A stretch of 64,000 nt of DNA from Felis catus (taxonomy: Eukaryota). The notes below the pieces were generated by a model. That model worked only from the letters and a program-made list of their open reading frames with translations. It ran no database searches and was not told the DNA's origin. The stretch covers positions 134,108,001 through 134,172,000 of the forward strand of contig NC_058368.1 in NCBI RefSeq assembly GCF_018350175.1, read 5' to 3'. The position numbers and the translations under genes are program-made. Shown here piece after piece: positions 26,716-39,420 of the stretch (positions are counted from its first letter, which is position 1; each line of letters starts with the position of its first letter).

Positions 26716-26754
<39 letters not shown>

Positions 26755-26790
26755 TTCTCTCTCTGTCTCTCTCAAAAGTCAATAAACCTT
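26590..26790 (+). mobile_element. Can-SINE
   Basis: TSD aaaatgtttgcct at 26573 and 26791. Confidence 0.95.
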
Positions 26791-27389
26791 AAAATGTTTG
26801 CCTAGAAGTATGACACCATTACTTTGGATGGAAAACAATAGGTTTTTCCTATGCCACAGTTCCATATGGACTTAGTTTTAAAACATCATTGTATCTAAAA
26901 GCAAGTAATGACAACAATTACAAAACAACAAAATCCATCATCATTACCACAGAACCAACAAATGAGAACCCCTGTACCTTTCTTGGACTAACTTAGATCC
27001 AGTGTTTTCTAGTGCTGCTCAACTGGGAAAGGGAAGGCAATGCTGTTTTATTTCTTAACTGACTTCTTTTCTCTATCCACCTCTTGTCTGCACATATCAC
27101 CCATTGTGAAAGGATCCCTGAGAACACTACTCGACTTTTGTCTCCAGAGATGATTCATTATTCATTTCTGCACTGTTGTTGAAATTATAATTGCTTATTC
27201 TCTGCAGGATGTCCAAATCTGCATCAGCACTGTAGTCTGCCCTGAGAAGGTAAATTCCTATGTCTTTATGGTGGGTATCACATATGGCCCTTTGAATCAT
27301 GTAATTGAACAAATCCTCAAGAAATCCAGACCATCTTAGTGGCCTGATTTTACATTCAAAAATAGAGGAATCATGTGGTAGAATGATTC

Positions 27390-28370
27390 TCTGTCCAAGC
27401 CACTGACGCCTGGATTGTACCCCAATCCCTTCCCAGAAACAATTTTTAGCGAAGTTACCAATGACTTCCCAAATTGCTAAATCCATTGGACATTTTACCC
27501 ATCTTCTGTAACCTCTCAGTGGTCAACTGTTTCCTCTCTGAAAAATGTTATCTCTTGATTTTCATGATATCACGTGCTTTGGAATTCTTCCTTCTCCTCT
27601 GGCAGCTCTTTCTCAGGCTCTTTGAAGGTATCTCCGTTTCTTAGCACCCATTAATTGTTGGAACCAAAGGGCTCAGTCTTGGGCCCTTTTCTGGCCTTCC
27701 TTTATGCTTTCCCTCTAAGCACTTTCATCTACATCACGGTTTAAGTCCCAGCTAGACAGAGACAAGGCCAGAAATTCAGCCTCAAGCTCACTTGAAGACC
27801 AGAACCACATATATGAACGGATGTTGTAACATTCACTTAGGTGTACCATTGATACCTCAGTCTTTCCCCACAGGTGTTCTTCCCAGTTTTCCTCCTTGAC
27901 AGTACGTGGCACTTGTATCAGCCCATGGGTATGAGCCAGAAACTGAAAGTCATCTGTGACTTCTGCCTCTCATTCACTCCCCACATCCTGGTGGCTCTTG
28001 GTCATCGCATATCTTCAATCTCTGTCTCCCTCTCTTTGCCTGCCCCATCCTGGATCACCCCCAAATCACATTTGTCCTGAAAGTGCTTCTACAGCTTCCC
28101 GCCTTGAGCTTCCTAGTTGTTCTTCATCTTCCTACCAGCTCTTCACTTCTCATGCCTTTGTCCTCTGTATCTACAATGACCTTTAACACTTCAAATAACC
28201 TTTTATTCCCTTATTTACATCTTGCAGTGCCTTCTCATTGCACTTAGGACAGAACACAAGGTCTTCAATGTGGTTGGTGTGCAAGGCACCATGGGATCTG
28301 GCCCCTGCCTGCTTCACTGGTGGTAGGTGGTGCTTCTGTCTTCTTGGCTCAGGATAAGTTCCTAGTTACT
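27390..28370 (+). mobile_element. L2, split by the L1 at about 28390-31450 and resuming at about 31480-31660
   Basis: gttaccaatgacttcccaaattgctaaatccattgg...gccagaaactgaaagtcatctgtgac...; downstream ttcctggaacaccttccccca continues the L2 consensus. Confidence 0.75.
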
Positions 28371-28871
28371 CTTTTTTGTTGTTGCTAAATCTGCCCCCTC
28401 CCTTACTTTATTGAGATAAAATTGACATAAAACATTGTATAAGTTCAAGGTGAACAGTGGGATGATTTGATAAACTTATATATTGTGAAATAATTATCAC
28501 AACAAAGTTAGTTCACACATTCTTCATGTCACACAATTACCGTTTTTTGTTTTTGTTAAGGTGAGAGCATTTAAGATCTATCCTCACAGCAGCTTTCAAG
28601 TATGCAATAGTGTGTTGTTAATTGTGGTCACCAAGCTGTACATTAGATCTCTGGAATTTGCTTTATAGCTGCAAGTTTGTACTCTATGACCAGTATGTCA
28701 CATATTCCCCACCCCCTGGTAACTATCAATCTGCTGTTTCTATGAGTTTGATATTTTAAGATTCTCTGTGTGAATGAGATCATACAGTATTTATCTTTCT
28801 CTGGTTTATTTTACTTAGCATAATGTCTCATGGTTCATTCATGTTGCTACAAATAGCAAGATTTTCTTCTT

Positions 28872-29119
28872 TTTTAAAAATTTTTTGATGTTTATTTACT
28901 TTTGGGAGAGAGAGAAAGAGAGAGAGAGAGAGAGACAGAAACAGAGACAGAGCACCAGTGGGGGAGGGGCGGAGAGAAAGGGAGACACAGAATCCAAAGC
29001 AGACTCCAGGCTCTGAGCTGTCAGCACAGAGCCCAATGCAGGGCTTGAACCCATGAACTGTGAGATCATGACCCGAACCAAAGTCAGATGCTCAACTGAC
29101 TGAGCCATCCAGGTGCCCC
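28872..29119 (-). mobile_element. Can-SINE inserted in L1
   Basis: TSD aagattttcttctt at about 28858 and 29120. Confidence 0.95.
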
Positions 29120-30107
29120 AAGATTTTCTTCTTCTTATTGGATGAATAATATTCCTCTGTGTGCATATGTGCGTGTGTGTTTGTATTACATTTTCTTTAC
29201 CTATCCTATCTGTAGACATATAGGTTATTTCCATGTCTTGGCTATTATGAATAATGCTGCAGTGAACATGGGGATGTGCATATCTCTTTGAGACAGTGAT
29301 TTCATTTCCTTCAGGTAGATACCCCAAAGAGGGGTTGCTGATCATATCGAAGTCCTATTTTTAATTTTTTGAGGAATTTCTGTACTGTTTTCCATAGTAG
29401 TTGTACCAATACACATTCCCACCAGCAGTGTACCCGGTTTACTTCTTCTCCATATATTCACCAGCATTTAATATTTAAAAAATCATTTTATTTAATAGCA
29501 AATGACAACAGTAGCCATTTGTCTTGTGTTTTTGATAATAGCCATTCTAACAGGTGTGTGGTAATACATCATTGCGGTTTTGACATGCATTTCCCTGAGG
29601 CTTAGTGATATTGAACACCTTTTCATATACTTGTTGGCCATTTGTATGTCTTGTTGGAAAAACGTCTCTTTAAGTCCTTTGCCCATTTTTAAAAACTAGA
29701 TTTTAATTTTTATGTATATGTTGCTATTCAGTTGTATGAGTTCCTTTTATGTTTGGATATATATTTGGTCTGCATATAATTTTTCCTAAGTTGCCTTTTA
29801 ATTTTATTGATTGTTTTGTTTGTTGTGCAGAAGCTTTCTAGTTTTAGGTAGCCCCTCTTGTTGATGTTTGCTTTTATTGCTTGTGCTGTTGTTTTCTTAC
29901 CCAAAAAATCATTGTCAAGACTGATGTCAAGGAGCTTCTTCCCTATGTCTTCCTCTAGGAGTTCTATGGTTTCAAGTCTTAATTCATTTTTAGTCAATTT
30001 TTGTAGTGGTATAAAATAGGGTCTGTTTTCATTCTTTACCACATGAATATCTAGTTTCCCCAGTACCATTTATTGAAGAGTTTATGTTTACCCCATTGAG
30101 TAGTCTT

Positions 30108-30335
30108 TTTTTTTTTTTTTAATTTTTTTTTTCAACGTTTGTTTATTTTTGGGACAGAGAGAGACAGAGCATGAATGGGGGAGGGGCAGAGAGCGAGGGA
30201 GACACAGAATCGGAAACAGGCTCCAGGCTCTGAGCCATCAGCCCAGAGCCTGACGCGGGGCTCGAACTCCTGGACCACGAGATCGTGACCTGGCTGAAGT
30301 CGGACGCTTAACCGACTGCGCCACCCAGGCGCCCC
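30108..30335 (-). mobile_element. Young Can-SINE inserted in L1
   Basis: CpG-rich, long T tail; TSD agtagtctt. Confidence 0.97.
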
Positions 30336-31859
30336 AAGTAGTCTTGATTCCCTTGTCATATTAGTTGACTATATATGTGTAGGTTAATTTCTGGGCTCTC
30401 AATTCTGTTCTCTTGGTCTGTGTGTCTGCTTTTGTGCCAGTACCATATTGTAGCTTTGTAGTAGAGTCTGAAATAAGGAAATGTGATGCTTCTAGCTTTG
30501 TTCTTCTTAAGATTGCTTTGGCTATGTGGGGTCTTTTGTGGTATCATGTGAATGTTAGGATTGTTTTTCTTTGAAAAATGAGATTGGGATTTTGATAGGG
30601 ATTACATTGAATCTGTAGATGGCTTTGGATAATGTGGACATTTTAACATATTAACTCTGATTCATTAACATAAAATATCTTTCTTCTCTCTTCAGTTTTT
30701 TTCATCAGTGTCTTACAGTTTTCATTGTATAAATCATTCATTTCCTTTGTTACATGTATTCTGAAGTATTCTATAGTTTTTGATTCTCTTCAAATGGTGT
30801 TGGTTTTTAAATATCTTTTTTAGATAGATGATTGTTAGAGAATAGCCAGAAAACAGATTTTTGTATGTTTATTTTGTATCCTAAAACTTCCCTGAATTCG
30901 TTTATTCTAACAGTTGTTTTTGTGGAGTCCAGAATTTTCTATATACAAGGTCATGTCATCAGCAAACAGACACAATTTTATATCTTCCTTTCCTCTTTGG
31001 ATGCCTTTTATTTCTTTTTCTTGTCTGACTGTTTTGGCCAGGATTTCTAGTACTATGTTGATGAGGGGTGGTGAGAGTGGGCACCCTTCTCTTGTTCTTG
31101 ATCTCAGAGGCAAAACAAGTGCCTGTGTTGTGGCAGGGGCCAGCTGCAGACATACACTTAGTGGTGAGGACCAGGCTCAGCCACAAATGCTAGAGCGCAC
31201 CGGGAGCTGCCAGGGCTCCAGCTGTCGGAGGGTACTCCTCTGCCTGCGGAGTTTCCCCACAGGTGTTTTCAGCAGTGAAGCCTGGGGCTGAGAATTGGGC
31301 CAGCAGGGTGCAGGTGCGCAGCTGGAGGAACCAGCTGCAGGTAAACCAAGCAGTGCAGGCCAGTGACAGGAGTCAGGGCCAGGTCTGGGCCCACAAACAG
31401 CTGTGAAGGTCCTGGTTGTCGCACACATCCCTGTGGCTCCAGGCTCTTGATCTGATTCCCACAGTCAATGCATGAGAAAAATCCCTTTCTTAGTTCTTAA
31501 AACATACTTTCCCCATCCCATGGGGCTTGGATTCCAGTTCCTGGAACACCTTCCCCCAAGTTTTGCTGGCAATACCTCTTCATTCTTTAGTAATCAGTCT
31601 AAAAGTCTTGTCATCAACAATTTTTTTTACCCAGGTCTCCTTGTTATAATCCCTTACTAATACTTTTTTTTTTCCACTCCTAGGACTTTTCTCATCCTGT
31701 ATATATTTGAGAAATCAGCTGTCTCATATCTCACTCCCTTGGAAACTTCAAGCTCTAAAGGTTCTCTCTCATTCACTCTTGTTTTCGTTTTCTCTTTTCT
31801 TAAAGTGCACGTAAACACCATGGGGCCCTGGTCGTGCCCATGTCTTACAAGCCCCCACA

Positions 31860-31987
31860 GTAGTGAAATCATGTTGGTAGCTTGCAATAACCCATGGTGA
31901 GAGTATTTACCCTATGGAAATTAGTAACTATTATGATGAGGCACCCCTCTCCCCAGTTAGTTGTTAAGCTTTTACCACCAAACCACT
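31860..31987 (+). mobile_element. MER63-like fragment
   Basis: catgttggtagcttgcaataacccatggtgagagtatttaccctatggaaatt...ttaccaccaaaccact. Confidence 0.6.
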
Positions 31988-31996
31988 ATACGCGCG

Positions 31997-32030
<34 letters not shown>
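31987..32030. repeat. (TA)2(CG)7(CA)13 compound microsatellite
   Basis: Seen directly; 44 bp of alternating purine-pyrimidine. Confidence 0.95.
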
Positions 32031-32738
32031 GTTTATTGACCTATTGAATTAATTGAGGTTTGTGCTAACTAGCTTATGCTTTATCTCAGTTACTATCATT
32101 ATGTCACAGATATTGTTATACAGGTAAGAAAATAATTTAGGCATTGCCAGACTCTCATCACTTGTAGCACATATGTAACATAGTTGGCACAAAACACATA
32201 TTTGTATACAACTGAAAGCATAACTTGGGGAAGGTAGGTCCTCAAAGGAAATGTTGCTTATCCTTCTATTCTCTTCAATAAATAAAATCCTGTTGATGAC
32301 CTCTTGGAACAATCTGAATGTTAATCATCTGTTTTAAATGTTTTTAAGTCATAGGACATATTCATGTTTTCTTAGCATCCTAAACCCTAATACCTTTCCC
32401 ACAGCAGCAATAAATAATATAAGACAGCTGAATATTATGTAGACAGATTAATGGGAATAAATATGAGTGAAAAGTTGTGTACCAGCCCAAATTGTCTCTC
32501 AAGTGTAAAGGCAGCAGACTGATGTTGTCAACATGAATTCCTTCAGAGAAATAGAGTTCTTTTAAATAATCTACCTTCCTATGAAATTCAGCCAACCAAG
32601 AGGTGAATCAAAATCAAGAGCACATGGGAAAGATGTTGTAAAAGAAGTGATATTCATCTTCAAATCCTCTTAAGTTTAAAACTTGAAACCACTATGAGAA
32701 CTTTGATGGTAGAGTTGAATCTAAATATTATAGGCATT

Positions 32739-32949
32739 GGGGCACCTGGGTGACTCAGTCAGTTAAGTGTCTGGCTCTTGACTTCGGCTCAGGTCATGAT
32801 CTTATGGTTCATGGGTTCGAGTTCCACATCAGGCTCTGTGCTAGCAGGGTGGAGCCTGCTTTGGACTCTTTCTCTCTTTCTCTCTGCCCTGCCCCCACTC
32901 ATGGGCTCTGTCTCTGTCTCTGTCTCTCTCAAAATAAATAAACTATTAA
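32739..32949 (+). mobile_element. Can-SINE
   Basis: TSD aaatatta(t/c)aggcattg at 32723 and 32950. Confidence 0.95.
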
Positions 32950-33106
32950 AATATTACAGGCATTGTGCACATAAAATGATATAACTAACAAAAGGGATGT
33001 GCAGGAAGGTTAAATGGGAAGAAATGTAAAATTAATACATTTTCCATAGGGCATCCATGGATATTGCCTAAAGTTAAAGAAAATTGTTCTTTCCTTAAAA
33101 GATTTT

Positions 33107-33522
33107 TTAATGTATAATCATATTTTATTTTATTTTTACTTTTTTATTTTATTTTATTTTTTATTTTTTAAAATTTACATCCAAATTAGTTAGCATATAG
33201 TAAAACAATGATTTCAGGAGTAGATTCCTTAGTGCCCCTTACCCATTTAGCCCATCCTCCCTTCCACAACCCCTCCAGCAACCCTCAGTTTGTTCTCCAT
33301 ATTTATGAGTCTCTTTTGTTTGGTCCCCCTCCCTGTTTTTATATTATTTTTCTTTCCCTTCCCTTATGTTCATCTGTTTTGTCTCTTAAAGTCCTCATAT
33401 GAGTGAAGTCATATGATTTTTGTCTTTCTCTGACTAATTTCACTTAGCATAATATCCTTCAGTTCCATCCACGTAGTTGCAAATGGCAAGATTTCTTTCT
33501 TTTTGATTGCTGAGTAATACTC

Positions 33523-33570
<48 letters not shown>

Positions 33571-34553
33571 TCATACATATGTATATGTACACACACACAT
33601 ATATACATATACCACATCTTCTTTATCCATTTATCCATCAATGGACATGTGGGCTCTTTCCATACTTTGGCTATTGCTGATAGTGCCAATAGATAGTTGA
33701 TAGACCCAATAACATTGGGTGCATGTGTCCCTTTGAAACAGCACACCTGTATCCTGTGGATAAATGCCTAGTAGTGCAATTGCTGGGTCATAGGGTAGTT
33801 CTATTTTTAGTTTTTTGAGGAACCTCCATACTATTTTCCAGAGTGGCTGCACCAGTTTGCATTCCCACCAGCAGTGCAAAAGAGATCCTCTTTCTCCACT
33901 TCCTCGCCAACATCTGTTGTTGCCTGAGTTGTTAATGTTAGCCATTCTGACAGGTGTGAGGTGGTATCTCATTGTGGTTTTGATTTGTATTTCCCTGATG
34001 ATGAGTGATGTTGAGCATTTTTTCATGTGTCAGTTGGCCATCTGGATGTCTTCCTTGGAGAAGTGTCTATTCATGTCTTTTGCCCATTTCTTCACTGGAT
34101 TATTTGTTTTTTGGGTGTTGAGTTTGATAAGTTCTTTATAGATTTTGGATACTAACCCTTTATCTGATAGGTCATTTGCAAATATCTTCTCCCATTCTGT
34201 CAGTTGCCTTTTAGTTTTGCTGATTGTTTCCTTTGCTGTGTAGAGGCTTTTTATTTTGATGAGGTCCCAGTAGTTCATTTTTTGCTTTTGTTTCCCTTGC
34301 TTCCAGAGACATGTTGAGTAAGAAGTTGCTGCGGGCAAGATCAAAGAGGTTTTTTCCTGCTTTCTCCTCGAGGATTTTGATGGCTTCCTGTCTTACATTG
34401 AGGTCTTTCATCCACTTTGAGTTTATTTTTGTGTATGGTGTAAGAAAGTGGTCCAGGTTCATTCTTCTGCATGTTGCTGTCCAGTTTTCCCAGCACCACT
34501 TGCTGAAGAGACTATCTTTATTCCACTGAATATTCTTTCCTGCTTTGTCAAAG
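33107..34553 (-). mobile_element. 5'-truncated carnivore/felid L1 (ORF2 C-terminus plus 3'UTR) with internal (TG)n at about 33525-33568
   Basis: ORFs 34211.., 34030.. and 33631.. (CWRG...[13 protein letters not shown] cysteine-rich domain); T-rich tail 33121-33170. Confidence 0.96.
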
Positions 34554-34650
34554 GTTTTATTTTTAAGTAATCTGTACACCCAGTGTGGGTTTTAAGCTCA
34601 CAACCCTGAGATCAGGAGTCACATGCTTTACTAAGTCAGCCAGGCTCCCC
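34554..34650 (-). mobile_element. Short tRNA-derived Can-SINE variant lacking the (CT)n tract
   Basis: ttttaagtaatctgtacacccagtgtggg...ctcacaaccctgagatcaggagtcacatgct...cagccaggctcccc. Confidence 0.85.
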
Positions 34651-35582
34651 CTAAGAAAATTGTTCTTATTTCTTAAAGGTTTTATATGTTATATTTTTAA
34701 CATTGGAAGAATATGTCTAAAATTTAGCTATTTCTTTAATTTCACTATTTCATCTGTTAAATTCAACTAAAATTAAACTCAAGCTTTTTATTCCGAAGTA
34801 GAGTATATAATACAGATGCATTTTAATAAAATGACCCATAAATATCTATCCATATGTTTATCTACTCACCTTTTATTTATCCATATTCATAAAGAGATGT
34901 GTAGAAAGTTGTCTATCAAACATCTCTGGTAATTTGCGACATTGAAGTGATTTTTTTAATTCTCTGTTATTGATTCTTGGTGAGCAGGCATCACTTTTAT
35001 AAGACAGTATATCCTTTAGGCTTCAAATAATCACCACTTTATTTATTGCCCCAAATCTGATTATGAAGAATTCAGACTTAGATAAAATATCACCTAAGCA
35101 GTAATTTTGTTTTGTGTGATTTAAGTAAACATATTGGTGAATATGGAGTCAGTTCTGAAGTAGTCTTAAAGTGTAAGTAATTTGAATATTGGACATGAAC
35201 TCTCTGCTTTGAGTTCAATTGAGTCAAAAGTTTACCCAGTCTTTGCTCTCTCCATTAGTGAAAAACACTGGTGAGGCATCCCAGGGCATGTTCCTGAGAA
35301 GCAAATGATAGGATTTCCCCATTTAGCCACCTTTGACTAATTATGCTAATTATAGAACAAGCTGCAGGGAGCAGGCAAGGATAATGACTTGAATTTTACT
35401 CTAAGGGTTAGTTATGAGTTGCTAAACAGAGGCCCAGGATGGACTGTTAAAACCGTTTCTGTATCTGTAATAAGTACCTGAGCAAGGAGAAGAGAAGAAT
35501 GGAGAGCTTCCTTCTAACAAAAAGCTTTAGAAATAAGGCCTAAAACCACTGTGAACTCAAGTACCTACACTTGACATATTTT

Positions 35583-35795
35583 ACTTTTTTTAAATGTTTT
35601 ATTTAGTTTTGAGAGCAAGAGAGAGAGACAGAGTGCGAGTGGGGGGTGGGGCGGAGATAGAGGGAGAGAATCTGAAGCGGGCTCCAGGCTCTGAGCTGTC
35701 AGCACAGAGCCTGAGTGGGGCTCAAACCCATGAACTGTGAGATTGTGACCTGAGCCGAAGTCTGACGCTTAACCGACAAGCCACCCAGACGCCCC
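35583..35795 (-). mobile_element. Can-SINE
   Basis: TSD acttga(c/t)atatttt. Confidence 0.95.
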
Positions 35796-36374
35796 TATAC
35801 TTGATATATTTTAACAGGTATAGCAATACCTTGAGAAACATTGTCCTCTTTCGTTGGTAAATCATATAGCGTTCCTCATCTTGCTTCATGCCCCACCCCT
35901 CCACCTCATGACATATTTCCCTTTCTCCAGGGCAACTAGCATGGGAATATTTTCTTTGCAAATGAGTCATGAAAATGAAAATATTAATTTATTTGAACTG
36001 GTAACAGTATTAAAATGGCTTGTGTGCTGTTTTCATTTTTCAGTGTGTGCTGACACTCAAAAAGCCAGATAAGGAATTTTTTGGCTGCTGTTGATTTTGA
36101 AATAGGATGGCATTTTGGGTTAGGATCTGTGTTCTCTGGTTGCAGTGCTTTCCCTTTTGGAGTAACTCCTTGCCATGACTACTGAATGCTTTTACTTTCC
36201 AAGGGCCCCTGTGATGATTTGAAATCACAGATTTCTAAAGCAATCATTGCAGTCTTCTATTAGTATGGTTTTCTGTTGCCTTTTGTGGTGAAGGTAAACT
36301 ATGTTAGCTGTTTATTTGTTAAAGAATCTTCCACGCACTAAAGACCTAACTACTATCTTTAACATTTGTTGTAT

Positions 36375-36599
36375 TTTAAAAACAGTTTTAAAATGTTTAT
36401 TTGTTTTTGAGAGAGAGCGTGTGCAAGTGAGCATGAGGGGCAGAAGGGACAGAGGGAGAGGGAGAAACAGAATCTGAAGCAGGCTTCAGGCTCTGAGCTG
36501 TCAGCCCAGAGCCTGATGCAGGGCTAGAACTCATGAATTGTGATATCATGACCTGAGCCAAAGTCGGATGCCCAATCCACTGAAACACCTAGGTGCCCC
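36375..36599 (-). mobile_element. Can-SINE
   Basis: TSD aacatttgtt at 36361 and 36600. Confidence 0.95.
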
Positions 36600-37994
36600 A
36601 ACATTTGTTTTAATGGGAAGCATTGACTTGACACTCAAGCAGTAAAATGTTTAGACCACAAGTCACTTTAAAACAGTGGGTTGCTAAAAAGGTAGAGCTC
36701 TTTACTGAGTTTATAGTGAACACCTATTATGGGCAAGGGTTATCAGGAGGAAACAAAGTACCTACCCCGTGGGGGTGGGGACATACAATATGTCAAGGAA
36801 CATATAAGTGAAACTATTAATAAGATACAACAGTGTATGTTTGAGTACTGAATGGTTGTATCACATATGCATGTCACTCAGGGTCTAAATCCATTAAATT
36901 ATTCAACTGTAAGACTATACTTTAGTCTGTCCATACTGTCTTTACTTAAATCATTTGTCATGTACTCTCACGTATCAGAAAGGAGATATACGTAGGAAAT
37001 GTATAAAAACTATTTTCTCGTATTGAGATTTTGAAGAGTCTTCCTGTGAAGGGAAACACATGCACTGCATATCTAAATTGTTTATGCTATTACAGTTTTC
37101 TCTTTTAACACATTGCACATAACAAGTAATTATTGATTAGTGGTGGTTGGAAAGGATCCCATATAAACCCTTTTCCAACAATGGTTTTTAGAAGTTATTT
37201 GGGCCTGCACCGAAGACTTACATCACATATAAGTGCCTTATAGTTATTAAGCAAAAATGGTCAGAGAATGATTTCAGAGACTTTTCTCCCAGGAGAACCA
37301 CACTGTTGGTTCTTCTCTTCTTGCCCTCTTTCAGGGAGCGGATAACTCACATTTTTATAGTAGAGCCATGTGAACACTAAGGCATTCATTGTTTTGGATC
37401 GTGGTGAGGCTAGTTGTAGAAAACCTCAATATGGGTGACAGGTCTTTCCTCACTAGTTCCTCTCTAGGATTTTCTTCATGTCCTCCTGTATCATTCCTGT
37501 TAGTATTCTCCCCTGTGGTTATCCGGGTCAAACTCAGTTCCTCTACCTTTCGTCTAATTCATCCCTTAAGTATTAGCCCACATTCATTCTCCTTGCCATC
37601 CTCTGTCCCCAGAGAGTCCCGATTTGGTTTAGACATCCACCCTCTCCCCCATGGCCACACTCTTCAGGAGGGGCTGACCCATCCCCACTCCCATAGACTG
37701 GATTCTGATTGGTGGTTTCAGTTTGCTTGCCAGTGATTGGTTCTAGCATGGCTTGTGATAGGTTTAGGGCAATGCTACATGAAAAAAAGTGTTCTGTGGG
37801 AGTAAAAGCTTTCTTATCCTTACAAAGGATAGAAGGAAAATGTGGCTTTCTTTCTGCTTGGGAACATTGCCATACTTGGGTATGATACCTGGAATATCTA
37901 CCTTTTGACCTTGGTAGGCAGAGTCTGAGCATAGATAGAATCAATACCTGGAAGAGAGCAGATCCTAGAGAATTATAAGAAGGTAGAGATAGAG

Positions 37995-38222
37995 CAGAGG
38001 TCAGACACCTGTTTACCATAGGGCCAGATAACAAATATTTTAGGATTTCTGGCCTATGGTGTGTGTTATAACTACTCACCCCTCCTATTGCTGCACAAAA
38101 ATGGCCATAGACAATACATACATGAATGGCCAAGGCTATGTTCTAATAAAACTTTATTTACAAAAAAAAAGGCAAAATAAACAGGCCAGATTTGGTCTGT
38201 GGGCTGTAGTTGCTAAGCCCTC
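37995..38222. mobile_element. MER58A MITE
   Basis: agggccagataacaaatattttagg...aaaatggccatagacaatac...ggctatgttctaataaaactttattta...ggccagatttgg. Confidence 0.85.
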
Positions 38223-38249
38223 AACTAGAACCTACCTTGGTATGTATTA

Positions 38250-39420
38250 TAGTCCGTTTCTACTCACAGTGCTTCTGACACCAAATATGTGGAGGATTTC
38301 TCTCACGCAGTCATTTCTCCAACTCTTCACTTACAACTAGGTGTTCTACAATTCAGTTGAATTCAGACACTAACCACTGGGACTTAGTACAGACCACACA
38401 GGTTGGGGGCTCTGTCCCACAAAATTGCCTCCACTTTGGATGCCAGTCACAAATCCCAGACCACCATTACTTCTCGCCACCTGGCTATAAGTCAGGGGAT
38501 TCCCACAACCCTGTCGTCCAGTTCAGTCATTTGCTGAATTGTATAATGGAACTGTTGGTTCCCAGCCTTCTCAGGAACTTTCTTGGAGTAATCTGAAACA
38601 GACCCCTGTATACAGAGGGCAGGAGAGACCTAAGAAAGGGTCAGGCCATTCCACATTGGTAGGTGGTAGTTTTAATAAGCACAGGAAACTTACCTACAGG
38701 GCTTGTCTTGGGTGGCAGCGAGATGAATGGATCCCCGCACCTGCCTAGTAAATCTTAGAAATTTATCAAGAGGCTGTACCAGGTCTAGTCACATGTAGGT
38801 AACTTTAACACCACATCACCATCTCAAGGCTCTGTCCTTGGAGTAGCCTCTGGAAGGAGGACGGCAAATGGAACCCACATCCCAAGGACAGGGGCAGGGG
38901 TGAGGAGGCTTCAAGTGTCTGGCTCCAGCTCATGGGTCATTTGGAGGTCATGTCTTTTGGATGACCTTCCCCACTGAGAACTCAGGAGAACACTTTACTT
39001 ACTATTATGGGTTTATTATAAAACGGTCAGTTTTGGAACACATAAATGGAAGAGATACATAGGTCAAGGTATGGGAGGAGAGGTTGTTCAAGAATTTATA
39101 TCATTCATGAGTTTCTTTAGAGCTTGATCTCTATCCCTCTATCCTTTTCTGGAGGCTTGTAAGTAGGGCTGAAAGTTCTAATTGTCTTGTCACTTCGTCT
39201 TTCTGGTGACCAGCCCTATCATAGGGCTATTTGCCCCCCTTCCCACCACCACCCCCAGGGCCAGGTCACCTCATTAGCATAAACCCCAAGTGTGATAGAA
39301 CAGGGCTCATAATGAGTAACAAAAGATGCCCCAATCACTCAAGAAGAATTGAGTGTTTTAGGAGCTTTTTGCCAGCAACCAGGGACACAAGACCAAATAT
39401 ATTTCTTAATACACCACAGT
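38250..39420 (-). mobile_element. MER21/MER77-like LTR interrupted by a second LTR
   Basis: cttctgacaccaaat...gaattcagacactaacc...ttggatgccagtcacaa; resumes gaactcaggagaacactttactt...tcacctcattagcataaac. Confidence 0.75.
38553..38977 (-). mobile_element. Nested solo LTR (unassigned carnivore ERV)
   Basis: ~425-bp block starting TGTTGG that interrupts the MER21-like sequence; gaac on both sides; ttttaat gives minus-strand ATTAAA. Confidence 0.6.

Larger units (their letters stand above)
28395..31112 (-). mobile_element. Older L1 (L1MA/L1_Carn-like): 3'UTR plus decayed ORF2, carrying two SINE insertions
   Basis: ORF 30907..31113 [17 protein letters not shown]...KLCLFADDM (RT motifs); ORFs 30356.., 29728.. 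and 29492.. are ORF2 C-terminal fragments with frameshifts. Confidence 0.92.

Noticed and set aside
37310..37410. Strong plus-strand acceptor at about 37334
   Set aside because: Stops in all frames and only a modest downstream donor; chance level
37573..38133. Longest non-L1 ORF (186 aa)
   Set aside because: Starts inside a MER58A MITE and runs through degenerate repeat-like DNA; no recognisable domain
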